From Utricularia gibba (taxonomy: Eukaryota > Plantae > Magnoliophyta): a stretch of DNA of 64,000 bases. The position numbers and the translations under genes were made by a program. The stretch's first letter is position 1. Every line of letters starts with the position of its first letter. The notes under the pieces were generated by a model. It did no database searches, had not been told where the DNA came from, and saw only the letters and a list, made by a program, of their open reading frames with translations. The stretch lies in the NCBI GenBank assembly GCA_002189035.1, contig NEEC01000027.1, positions 620,001 through 684,000 of the forward strand, read 5' to 3'. This document shows positions 52,001 through 64,000 of the stretch, piece after piece.

Positions 52001-55000
52001 GCATGCATCAGTTGTGCGTATGAACACACCCGTGGCATTGTAAGGGATCACCTCAAAAATGAAAATTTCACACCTTCCAATGAAATCCATATGTTTTACA
52101 AACGAGAAATCACATTCGCATCGAATCGGAAGCCCGAGTCGAATTATCGCGAACGTCATGGCAACTTTGTGGCACAATTGAAGGCTAATATAAGGAAATA
52201 ATTCGAGCTCTGATAAATCGTCGGACGACGAAGCTTCCATCACGGATGATGACCGCCTCGGAATGAGCTTCGAAACGGTGTTCGTGCGCAACGCGGGTAA
52301 TCACGGTTTTGAAGATATCGACAAAATACGGAATGGTGCACGAGTCTACATCAGGTGTGGTTGGAAAACACCCGTGGCATTGTAAGGGATCGCCTCGAAA
52401 ACGAAAATTTCACACCTTCCAATGAAATGCATGCGCGAAAATCCCATTCCTGTCGATCGGAAGTCCCGAGTCAAACCATCGCGAACGTCGTGGCCACTTT
52501 GTGGCACAATTGAAGGCTAATAGAAGGCAATAATTCGAGCTCTGATACATTGTCGGACGACAAAGCTTCCAACACGGAAGATGACCGGCTCAGAATGAGC
52601 TTTGAAACGGATCCTGTGCGTAGCGTGACTTATCACGGTTTGCAAGATATCGACAAGATATTGAACGAGGCACGAGGCATGCATCATGTGTGCGTAGGAA
52701 CACACCCGTGGCATTGTAAGGATCGCGTCGAAAACGAAAATTTCACACCTTCCAATGAAATGCATATGTTTGCATGCGAGAAATCCATTCGCATCGAATC
52801 GGAAGTCCCGAGTCGCATCGTCGAACGTCGTGGCCAATTTGGGCACAATTGAAGGCTAAAATACGGCAATAATTCGAGCTCTGATACATCGTCGGACGAC
52901 AAAGCTTCCAACACGGAAGATGACCGCTCAGAATGAGATTTAAAACGTCATGCTGTGCGCAGCGTGACTCATCACGGTTTGCAAGATATTGCAAGATATT
53001 GAACGCGGCACGAAGCATGCATCAGTTGTGCGTATGAACACACCCGTGGCATTGTAAGGGATCACCTCAAAAATGAAAATTTCACACCTTCCAATGAAAT
53101 CCATATGTTTTACAAACGAGAAATCACATTCGCGTCGAATCGGAAGCCCCGAGTCGAATTATCGCGAACATGGCAACTTTGTGGCCAATTGAAGGCTAAT
53201 ATAAGGAAATAATTCGAGCTCTGATAAATCGTCGACGACGAAGCTTCCATCACGGATGATGACCGCTCGGAATGAGCTTCGAAACGTGTGTCGTGCGCAA
53301 CGCGGGTAATCACGGTTTTGAAGATATCGACAAGATATTGAACGAGGCACGAGGCATGCATCAGGTGTGCGTAAGAAAACACCCGTGGCATTGTAAGGGA
53401 TCGCCTCGAAAACGAAAATTTCACACCTTCCAATGAAATCATATGTTTGATAGCGAAATCACATTCCGTCGAATCGGAAGTCCCGAGTCGCATCGTCGCG
53501 AACGTCGTGGCCAATTTGGGCACAATTGAAGGCTAACATACGACAATAATTCGAGCTCTGATACATCGTCGGACGACAAAGCTTCCAACACGGAATGACC
53601 GCTCCGAATGAGCTTGAAACGGTGTGTCGTTCGTGGTCACGGTTTTCAAGATATCGATAAATACAGAATGGTGCACGAGGCATGCATCATGTGTGCGTAA
53701 GAACACACCCGCGGCATTGTAAGGGATCGCCTCGAAAACGAAAATTTCACACCTTCCAATGAAATGCATATGTTTGCATGCGAGAAATCCCATTCCTGTC
53801 GAATCGGAAGTCCCGAGTCAAACCATCGCGAACGTCGTGGCCACTTTGGCACAATTGAAGGCTAATAGAAGGCAATAATTCGAGCTCTGATACATTGTCG
53901 GACGACAAAGCTTCCAACACGGAAGATGACCGGCTCAGAATGAGCTTTGAAACGGTATCCTGTGCGTAGCGTGACTTATCACGGTTTGCAAGATATCGAC
54001 AAGATATTGAACGAGGCACGAGGCATGCATCATGTGTGCGTAGGAAAACACCCGTGGCATTGTAAGGGATCGCGTCGAAAACAAAAATTTCACACCTTCC
54101 AATGAAATGCATATGCTTTGCATGCGAGAAATCCCATTCCTGTCGAATCGGAAGTCCCGAGTCACACCATCGCGAACGTCGTGGCCACTTTGTGGCACAA
54201 TTGAAGGCTAATAGAAGGCAATAATTAGAGCTCTGATACATCGTCGGACGACGAAGCTTCCAACACGGAAGATGCCGGCTAGAATGAGCTTAAACGTCAT
54301 GCCGTGCGCAGCGTGACTCATCACGGTTTGCAAGATATCGACAAGATATTGAACGAGGCACGAGGCATGCATCAGGTGTGCGTAGAACACACCCGTGGCA
54401 TTGTAAGGGATCGCCTCGAAAACGAAAATTTCACACCTTCCAATGAAATGCATATGTATTGCATGCGCGAAATCCCATTCCTGTCGAATCGGAAGTCCCG
54501 AGTCAAACATCGCGAACGTCGTGGCCACTTTGTGGCACAATTGAAGGCTAATAGAAGGCAATAATTCGAGCTCTGATACATTGTCGGACGACAAAGCTTC
54601 CAACACGGAAGATGACCGGTTAGAATGAGCTTTGAAACGGTATCCTGTGCGTAGCGTGACTTATCACGGTTTGCAAGATATCGACAAATATTGAACGAGG
54701 CACGAGGCATGCATCATGTGTGCGTAAGGAACACACCCGTGGCATTGTAAGGGATCGCGTCGAAAACAAAAATTTCACACCTTCCAATGAAATGCATATG
54801 CTTTGCATGCGAGAAATCCCATTCCTGTCGAATCGGAAGTCCCGAGTCACACCATCGCGAACGTCGTGGCCACTTTGTGGCACAATTGAAGGCTAATAGA
54901 AGGCAATAATTCGAGCTCTGATACATTGTCGGACGACAAAGCTTCCAACACGGAAGATGACCGGCTCAGAATGAGCTTTGAAACGGTATCCTGTGCGTAG

Positions 55001-56799
55001 CGTGACTCATCACGGTTTGCAAGATATCGACAAGATATTGAACGGGCAAGAGGCATGCATCATGTGTGCGTAGGAACACACCCGTGGCATTGTAAGGGAT
55101 CGCGTCGAAAACGAAAATTTCACACCTTCCAATGAAATGAATATGTTTGCAAGCGAGAAATCACATTCGCGTCGAATCGGAAGTCCCGAGTCGCATCGTC
55201 GCGAACGTTGTGGCCAATTTGGGCACAATTGAAGGCTAAAATACGGCAATAATTCGAGCTCTGATACATCGTCGGACGACAAAGCTTCCAACACGGAAGA
55301 TGACCGGCTCAGAATGAGATTTAAAACGTCATGCTGTGCGCAGCGTGACTCATCACGGTTTGCAAGATATTGCAAGATATTGAACGCGGCACGAAGCATG
55401 CATCAGTTGTGCGTATGAACACACCCGTGCATTGTAAGGGATCACCTCAAAAATGAAAATTTCACACCTTCCAATGAAATCCATATGTTTTACAAACGAG
55501 AAATCACATTCGCGTCGAATCGGAAGCCCCGAGTCGAATTATCGCGAACGTCATGGCAACTTTGTGGCACAATTGAAGGCTAATATAAGGAAATAATTCG
55601 AGCTCTGATAAATCGTCGGACGACGAAGCTTCCATCACGGATGATGACCGCTCGGAATGAGCTTCGAAACGGTGAGTCGTGCGCAATGCGGGTAATCACG
55701 GTTTTGAAGATATCAACAAAATACGGAATGTGCACGAGGTCTACATCAGGTGTGGGTTGGAAACACCCGTGCATTGTAAGGGATCGCCTCGAAAACGAAA
55801 ATTTCACACCTTCCAATGAAATCCATATGTCTTGATAGCGAGAAATCACATTCACGTCGAATCGGAAGTCCCGAGTCGCATCGTCGCAAACGTCGTGGCC
55901 AATTTTGGGCACAATTGAAGGCTAATATACGAAAATAATTCGAGCTCTGATACATTCGGATGACAAAGCTTCCAACACGGAAGATGACCGCCTCCGAATG
56001 AGCTTCGAAACGGTGTGTCGTGCGCAACGCGGGTAATCACGGTTTTGAAGATATCGACAAAATACGGAATGGTGCACGAGGTCTACATGGTGTGGGTTGG
56101 AAAACACCCGTGGCATTGTAAGGGATCGCCTCGAAAACGAAAATTTCACACCTTCCAATGAAATGCATGCGCGAAATCCCATTCCTGTCGAATCGGAAGT
56201 CCCGAGTCAAACCATCGCGAACGTCGTGGCCACTTTGTGGCACAATTGAAGGCTAATAGAAGGCAATAATTCGAGCTCTGATACATTGTCGGACGACAAA
56301 GCTTCCAACACGGAAGATGACCGGCTCAGAATGAGCTTTGAAACGGTATCCTGTGCGTAGCGTGACTTATCACGGTTTGCAAGATATCGACAAGATATTG
56401 AACGAGGCACGAGGCATGCATCATGTGTGCGTAGGAACACACCCGTGGCATTGTAAGGGATCGCCTCGAAAACAAAAATTTCACACCTTCCAATGAAATG
56501 CATATGCTTTGCATGCGAGAAATCCCATTCCTGTCGAATCGGAAGTCCCGAGTCACACCATCGCGAACGTCGTGGCCACTTTGTGGCACAATTGAAGGCT
56601 AATAGAAGGCAATAATTAGAGCTCTGATACATCGTCGGATTACGAAGCTTCCAACACGGAAGATGCTCGGCTAAGAATGAGCTTTGAAACGTCATGCCGT
56701 GCGCAGCGTGACTCATCACGGTTTGCAAGATATCGACAAGATATTGAACGAGGCACGAGGCATGCATCAGGTGTGCGTAAGAAACACCCGTAGCATTGT

Positions 56800-57636
56800 A
56801 AGGGATCGCCTCAAAAAACGAAAATTTCACACCTTCCAATGAAATGCATATGTTTTGCATGTGAGAAATCGCATTCGCGTCGAATCGGAAGTCCCGAATC
56901 GCATCGTCGCGATCGTCGTTGCCACTTTGTGGCACAATTGATGGCAAATATAAGGCAATAAATCGAGCTCTGATACATCGTCGAACGACGATGCTTCCAA
57001 CACGGAAGATGACCGCCTTCGAATGAGCTTCGAAACGGTGTGTCGTGCGCGGCGCGGGTAATCACAGTTTTGAAGATATCGACAAAATACGGAATGGTGC
57101 ACGAGGTCTACATCAGTGTGGGTTGTAAGGGATCGCCTCGAAAACGAAAATTTCACACCTTCCAATGAAATCCATATGTCTTGAAAGCGAGAAATCACAT
57201 TCGCGTCGAATCGGAAGTCCCGAATCGCATCGTCGCGATCGTCGTGGCCACTGTGTGCCACAAATGAAGGCTAATATAAGTCAATAATTCATGCTCTCAT
57301 ACATCGTCGGTCGACAAAGCCTCCAACACGGAAGATGACCGGCTCGGAATGAGCTTCGAAACGGTGTGTCGTGCGCAACGCGGCTCATCACGGTTCTCAA
57401 GATATCGACAAAATACGGGATGGTGCACGAGTCCTGTATCAGGTTTGGGTTGGAACACACCCGACGCATTGTAAGGGATCGCCGCGAAAACGAAAATTTC
57501 ACACCTTCCAATGAAATGCAAATGTTTTGCAAGTGAGAAATCACATTCGCGTCTAATCGGAAGTCACGAGTCGCATCGTCACGAACATCGTGGCCACTTT
57601 GTGGCATAATTGAAGGCTAATATAAGGCAATAATTC
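56800..57636. repeat. Island of divergent satellite monomers (3' part H, then I and J), copy 2
   Basis: Same private variants, same 19-bp deletion (~57125) and same SacI loss (~57290) as 32225-33055, with a few substitution differences. Confidence 0.92.
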
Positions 57637-59015
57637 GAGCTCTGATACATTGTCGGACGACAAAGCTTCCAACACAGAAGATGACCGGCTCAGAATGAGC
57701 TTTGAAACGGTATCCTGTGCGTAGCGTGACTCATCACGGTTTGCAAGATATCGACAAGATATTGAACGAGGCACGAGGCATGCATCATGTGTGCGTAGGA
57801 ACACACCCGTGGCATTGTAAGGGATCGCGTCGAAAACGAAAATTTCACACCTTCCAATGAAATGCATATGTTTTGCATGCGAGAAATCACATTCGCATCG
57901 AATCGGAAGTCCCGAGTCGCATCGTCGCGAACGTCGTGGCCAATTTGGGGCACAATTGAAGGCTAAAATACGGCAATAATTCGAGCTCTGATACATCGTC
58001 GGACGACAAAGCTTCCAACACGGAAGATGACCGGCTCAGAATGAGATTTAAAACGTCATGCTGTGCGCAGCGTGACTCATCACGGTTTGCAAGATATTGC
58101 AAGATATTGAACGCGGCACGAAGCATGCATCAGTTGTGCGTATGAACACACCCGTGGCATTGTAAGGGATCACCTCAAAAATGAAAATTTCACACCTTCC
58201 AATGAAATCCATATGTTTTACAAACGAGAAATCACATTCGCGTCGAATCGGAAGCCCCGAGTCGAATTATCGCGAACGTCATGGCATTTTTGTGGCACAA
58301 TTGAAGGCTAATATAAGGAAATAATTCGAGCTCTGATAAATCGTCGGACGACGAAGCTTCCATCACGGATGATGACCGCCTCAGAATGAGCTTCGAAACG
58401 TGTGTCGTGCGCAACGCGGGTAATCACGGTTTTGAAGATATCGACAAGATATTGAACGAGGCACGAGGCATGCATCAGGTGTGCGTAAGAACACACCCGT
58501 GGCATTGTAAGGGATCGCCTCGAAAACGAAAATTTCACACCTTCCAATGAAATCCATATGTCTTGATGCGATAAATCACATTCACGTCGAATCGGAAGTC
58601 CCGAGTCGCATCGTCGCGAACGTCGTGGCCATTTGGGCACAATTGAAGGCTAACATACGACAATAATTCGAGCTCTGATACATCGTCGGATGACAAAGCT
58701 TCCAACACGGAAGATGACCGCCTCCGAATGAGCTTCGAAACGGTGTGTCGTGCGCTACGTGGCTCATCACGGTTTTCAAGATATCGACAAAATACAGAAT
58801 GGTGCACGAGGCATGCATCATGTGTGCGTAAGAACACACCCGTGGCATTGTAAGGGATCGCCTCGAAAACGAAAATTTCACACCTTCCAATGAAATGCAT
58901 ATGTATTGCATGCGCGAAATCCCATTCCTGTCGAATCGGAAGTCCCGAGTCAAACCATCGCGAACGTCGTGGCCACTTTGTGGCACAATTGAAGGCTAAT
59001 AGAAGGCAATAATTC

Positions 59016-62000
59016 GAGCTCTGATACATTGTCGGACGACAAAGCTTCCAACACGGAAGATGACCGGCTTAGAATGAGCTTTGAAACGGTATCCTGTGCG
59101 TAGCGTGACTTATCACGGTTTGCAAGATATCGACAAGATATTGAACGAGGCACGAGGCATGCATCATGTGTGCGTAGGAAACACACCCGTGGCATTGTAA
59201 GGGATCGCGTCGAAAACAAAAATTTCACACCTTCCAATGAAATGCATATGCTTTGCATGCGAGAAATCCCATTCCTGTCGAATCGGAAGTCCCGAGTCAC
59301 ACCATCGCGAACGTCGTGGCCACTTTGTGGCACAATTGAAGGCTAATAGAAGGCAATAATTAGAGCTCTGATACATCGTCGGATTACGAAGCTTCCAACA
59401 CGGAAGATGCTCGGCTAAGAATGAGCTTTGAAACGTCATGCCGTGCGCAGCGTGACTCATCACGGTTTGCAAGATATCGACAAGATATTGAACGAGGCAC
59501 GAGGCATGCATCAGGTGTGCGTAAGAACACACCCGTGCATTGTAAGGGATCGCCTCGAAAACGAAAATTTCACACCTTCCAATGAAATGCATATGTATTG
59601 CATGCGAAATCCCATTCCTGTCGAATCGGAAGTCCCGAGTCAAAGCATCGCGAACGTCGTGGCCACTTTGTGGCACAATTGAAGGCTAATAGAAGGCAAT
59701 AATTCGAGCTCTGATACATTGTCGGACGACAAAGCTTCCAACACGGAAGATGACCGGCTTAGAATGAGCTTTGAAACGGTATCCTGTGCGTAGCGTGACT
59801 TATCACGGTTTGCAAGATATCGACAAGATATTGAACGAGGCACGAGGCATGCATCATGTGTGCGTAGGAACACACCCGTGGCATTGTAAGGGATCGCGTC
59901 GAAAACGAAAATTTCACACCTTCCAATGAAATGCATATGTTTTGCATGCGAGAAATCACATTCGCATCGAATCGGAAGTCCCGAGTCGCATCGTCGCGAA
60001 CGTCGTGGCCAATTTGGGGCACAATTGAAGGCTAAAATACGGCAATAATTCGAGCTCTGATACATCGTCGGACGACAAAGCTTCCAACACGGAAGATGAC
60101 CGGCTCAGAATGAGATTTAAAACGTCATGCTGTGCGCAGCGTGACTCATCACGGTTTGCAAGATATTGCAAGATATTGAACGCGGCACGAAGCATGCATC
60201 AGTTGTGCGTATGAACACACCCGTGGCATTGTAAGGGATCACCTCAAAAATGAAAATTTCACACCTTCCAATGAAATCCATATGTTTTACAAACGAGAAA
60301 TCACATTCGCGTCGAATCGGAAGCCCCGAGTCGAATTATCGCGAACGTCATGGCAACTTTGTGGCACAATTGAAGGCTAATATAAGGAAATAATTCGAGC
60401 TCTGATAAATCGTCGGACGACGAAGCTTCCATCACGGATGATGACCGCCTCGGAATGAGCTTCGAAACGGTGTGTCGTGCGCAACGCGGGTAATCACGGT
60501 TTTGAAGATATCGACAAAATACGGAATGGTGCACGAGGTCTACATCAGGTGTGGGTTGGAAAACACCCGTGGCATTGTAAGGGATCGCCTCGAAAACGAA
60601 AATTTCACACCTTCCAATGAAATGCATATGTATTGCATGCGCGAAATCCCATTCCTGTCGAATCGGAAGTCCCGAGTCAAAGCATCGCGAACGTCGTGGC
60701 CACTTTGTGGCACAATTGAAGGCTAATAGAAGGCAATAATTCGAGCTCTGATACATTGTCGGACGACAAAGCTTCCAACACGGAAGATGACCGGCTTAGA
60801 ATGAGCTTTGAAACGGTATCCTGTGCGTAGCGTGACTTATCACGGTTTGCAAGATATCGACAAGATATTGAACGAGGCACGAGGCATGCATCATGTGTGC
60901 GTAGGAACACACCCGTGGCATTGTAAGGGATCGCGTCGAAAACAAAAATTTCACACCTTCCAATGAAATGCATATGCTTTGCATGCGAGAAATCCCATTC
61001 CTGTCGAATCGGAAGTCCCGAGTCACACCATCGCGAACGTCGTGGCCACTTTGTGGCACAATTGAAGGCTAATAGAAGGCAATAATTAGAGCTCTGATAC
61101 ATCGTCGGATTACGAAGCTTCCAACACGGAAGATGCTCGGCTAAGAATGAGCTTTGAAACGTCATGCCGTGCGCAGCGTGACTCATCACGGTTTGCAAGA
61201 TATCGACAAGATATTGAACGAGGCACGAGGCATGCATCAGGTGTGCGTAAGAACACACCCGTCGCATTGTAAGGGATCGCCTCGAAAACGAAAATTTCAC
61301 ACCTTCCAATGAAATGCATATGTATTGCATGCGAGAAATCCCATTCCTGTCGAATCGGAAGTCCCGAGTCAAACATCGCGAACGTCGTGGCCACTTTGTG
61401 GCACAATTGAAGGCTAATAGAAGGCAATAATTCGAGCTCTGATACATTGTCGGACGACAAAGCTTCCAACACGGAAGATGACCGGCTTAGAATGAGCTTT
61501 GAAACGGTATCCTGTGCGTAGCGTGACTATCACGGTTTGCAAGATATCGACAAGATATTGAACGAGGCACGAGGCATGCATCATGTGTGCGTAGGAACAC
61601 ACCCGTGGCATTGTAAGGGATCGCGTCGAAAACGAAAATTTCACACCTTCCAATGAAATGCATATGTTTTGCATGCGAGAAATCACATTCGCATCGAATC
61701 GGAAGTCCCGAGTCGCATCGTCGCGAACGTCGTGGCCAATTTGGGGCACAATTGAAGGCTAAAATACGGCAATAATTCGAGCTCTGATACATCGTCGGAC
61801 GACAAAGCTTCCAACACGGAAGATGACCGGCTCAGAATGAGATTTAAAACGTCATGCTGTGCGCAGCGTGACTCATCACGGTTTGCAAGATATTGCAAGA
61901 TATTGAACGCGGCACGAAGCATGCATCAGTTGTGCGTATGAACACACCCGTGGCATTGTAAGGGATCACCTCAAAAATGAAAATTTCACACCTTCCAATG

Positions 62001-64000
62001 AAATCCATATGTTTTACAAACGAGAAATCACATTCGCGTCGAATCGGAAGCCCCGAGTCGAATTATCGCGAACGTCATGGCAACTTTGTGGCACAATTGA
62101 AGGCTAATATAAGGAAATAATTCGAGCTCTGATAAATCGTCGGACGACGAAGCTTCCATCACGGATGATGACCGCCTCGGAATGAGCTTCGAAACGGTGT
62201 GTCGTGCGCAACGCGGGTAATCACGGTTTTGAAGATATCGACAAAATACGGAATGGTGCACGAGGTCTACATCAGGTGTGGGTTGGAAAACACCCGTGGC
62301 ATTGTAAGGGATCGCCTCGAAAACGAAAATTTCACACCTTCCAATGAAATGCATATGTATTGCATGCGCGAAATCCCATTCCTGTCGAATCGGAAGTCCC
62401 GAGTCAAACCATCGCGAACGTCGTGGCCACTTTGTGGCACAATTGAAGGCTAATAGAAGGCAATAATTCGAGCTCTGATACATTGTCGGACGACAAAGCT
62501 TCCAACACGGAAGATGACCGGCTTAGAATGAGCTTTGAAACGGTATCCTGTGCGTAGCGTGACTTATCACGGTTTGCAAGATATCGACAAGATATTGAAC
62601 GAGGCACGAGGCATGCATCATGTGTGCGTAGGAACACACCCGTGGCATTGTAAGGGATCGCGTCGAAAACAAAAATTTCACACCTTCCAATGAAATGCAT
62701 ATGCTTTGCATGCGAGAAATCCATTCCTGTCGAATCGGAAGTCCCGAGTCACACCATCGCGAACGTCGTGGCCACTTTGTGGCACAATTGAAGGCTAATA
62801 GAAGGCAATAATTAGAGCTCTGATACATCGTCGGATTACGAAGCTTCCAACACGGAAGATGCCGGCTAAGAATGAGCTTTGAAACGTCATGCCGTGCGCA
62901 GCGTGACTCATCACGGTTTGCAAGATATCGACAAGATATTGAACGAGGCACGAGGCATGCATCAGGTGTGCGTAAGAACACACCCGTAGCATTGTAAGGG
63001 ATCGCCTCGAAAACGAAAATTTCACACCTTCCAATGAAATGCATATGTATTGCATGCGAGAAATCCCATTCCTGTCGAATCGGAAGTCCCGAGTCACACC
63101 ATCGCGAACGTCGTGGCCACTTTGTGGCACAATTGAAGGCTAATAGAAGGCAATAATTCGAGCTCTGATACATTTTCGGACGACAAAGCTTCCAACACGG
63201 AAGATGACCGCTCAGAATGAGCTTTGAAACGGTATCCTGTGCGTAGCGTGACTCATCACGGTTTGCAAGATATCGACAAGATATTGAACGAGGCACGAGG
63301 CATGCATCATGTGTGCGTAGGAACACACCCGTGGCATTGTAAGGGATCGCGTCGAAAACGAAAATTTCACACCTTCCAATGAAATGCATATGTTTTGCAT
63401 GCGAGAAATCACATTCGCATCGAATCGGAAGTCCCGAGTCGCATCGTCGCGAACGTCGTGGCCAATTTGGGGCACAATTGAAGGCTAAAATACGGCAATA
63501 ATTCGAGCTCTGATACATCGTCGGACGACAAAGCTTCCAACACGGAAGATGACCGGCTCAGAATGAGATTTAAAACGTCATGCTGTGCGCAGCGTGACTC
63601 ATCACGGTTTGCAAGATATTGCAAGATATTGAACGCGGCACGAAGCATGCATCAGTTGTGCGTATGAACACACCCGTGGCATTGTAAGGGATCACCTCAA
63701 AAATGAAAATTTCACACCTTCCAATGAAATCCATATGTTTTACAAACGAGAAATCACATTCGCGTCGAATCGGAAGCCCCGAGTCGAATTATCGCGAACG
63801 TCATGGCAACTTTGTGGCACAATTGAAGGCTAATATAAGGAAATAATTCGAGCTCTGATAAATCGTCGGACGACGAAGCTTCCATCACGGATGATGACCG
63901 CCTCGGAATGAGCTTCGAAACGGTGTGTCGTGCGCAACGCGGGTAATCACGGTTTTGAAGATATCGACAAAATACGGAATGGTGCACGAGGTCTACATCA
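59016..64000. repeat. Run of canonical A-B-C-D-E pentamers (about three copies, the last truncated by the window)
   Basis: A monomers start at 59016, 60743 and 62470 (period 1727). D monomers start at 60052, 61779 and 63505. Confidence 0.93.

Larger units (their letters stand above)
1..64000. repeat. Tandem satellite DNA array, ~345-346 bp monomer, ~188 head-to-tail copies, running off both window edges
   Basis: The anchor motifs GAGCTC(TGATA), CACAATTGAAGGCTAA and AAAATTTCACACCTTCCAATGAAAT recur every ~345 bp from start to end. Example SacI sites: 10195, 10541, 10887, 11233, 11578, 11923, 12269, 12615, 12961. All copies have the same orientation, and I saw no unique sequence. Confidence 0.99.
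41998..64000. repeat. Super-HOR copy 2 (matches copy 1 to about 63300, then truncated by the window)
   Basis: Same monomer order as 17237 onward. The divergent island at 32385 recurs at 56965 (offset 24580). ORF-track pairs 33306/57887, 33651/58232 and 35377/59956 are offset by 24579-24581. Confidence 0.85.

Noticed and set aside
239-63987. Several hundred ORFs in the six-frame track, up to 391 aa, mostly on the minus strand (MYQSSNYCLLLAF..., MPQSGHDVRD..., MLRAAFNILQ...)
   Set aside because: All are translations of the same 346-bp monomer. The same peptides reappear in rotating frames because 346 is not a multiple of 3. The longest ones (7010-8185, 19324-20310, 62523-63518) result from indels that chain stop-poor frames together. 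I recognise no domain and see no codon structure or gene context.
1-64000. CRISPR array or other repeat-spacer system
   Set aside because: There are no unique spacers. The sequence between conserved motifs is itself homologous in every unit, and there are no cas genes.
1-64000. Internal 173-bp dimer structure, or identity with primate alpha satellite (171/340 bp)
   Set aside because: The two halves of the monomer do not align by eye beyond short words such as cttcca and tgtgcgtag at non-173 spacing. I recognised no alpha-satellite consensus motifs or CENP-B box.
1-64000. Assignment to a named satellite family of similar length (e.g. Triticeae Afa or 350-bp families, maize TR-1, rice TrsA, Drosophila 359-bp)
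   Set aside because: Only the length is similar. I cannot match the sequence to any of these from memory, so a database search is required.
1-64000. 5S rDNA, tRNA or snRNA tandem gene array
   Set aside because: I found no 5S coding region, no Pol III A/B/C boxes with an oligo-T terminator, and no cloverleaf in the monomer on either strand.
1-64000. Transposon insertion, LTR/TIR or strand inversion within the array
   Set aside because: Every segment, including the scrambled patches, consists of same-strand satellite sequence. I saw no reverse-complement monomers, terminal repeats or target-site duplications.

Overview
The whole 64-kb window is one uninterrupted, head-to-tail tandem satellite array, most likely eukaryotic heterochromatin of the centromeric, subtelomeric or knob type. 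I do not recognise the family by name. The monomer is about 345-346 bp, CpG-rich and rich in short dyad symmetries. By hand I count about 188 monomers, using the GAGCTC (SacI) site as phase anchor. I can support no gene, RNA gene, transposon or CRISPR array, and every ORF in the track is a translation of the satellite. The real information is a nested hierarchy: (1) a 346-bp monomer in about 10 distinguishable types, which I label A-J; (2) a canonical 5-monomer higher-order repeat (HOR) A-B-C-D-E of about 1727-1729 bp, with 3-, 6-, 7- and 8-mer variants; (3) a 12-monomer (~4.1 kb) tandem duplication; (4) a 72-monomer (~24.6-24.8 kb) super-repeat, marked by a divergent three-monomer island and by rare deletions. 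Several scrambled patches, and single-base dropouts at polymorphic columns, look like long-read consensus artefacts. All coordinates and counts come from manual reading, and the type labels are my own.
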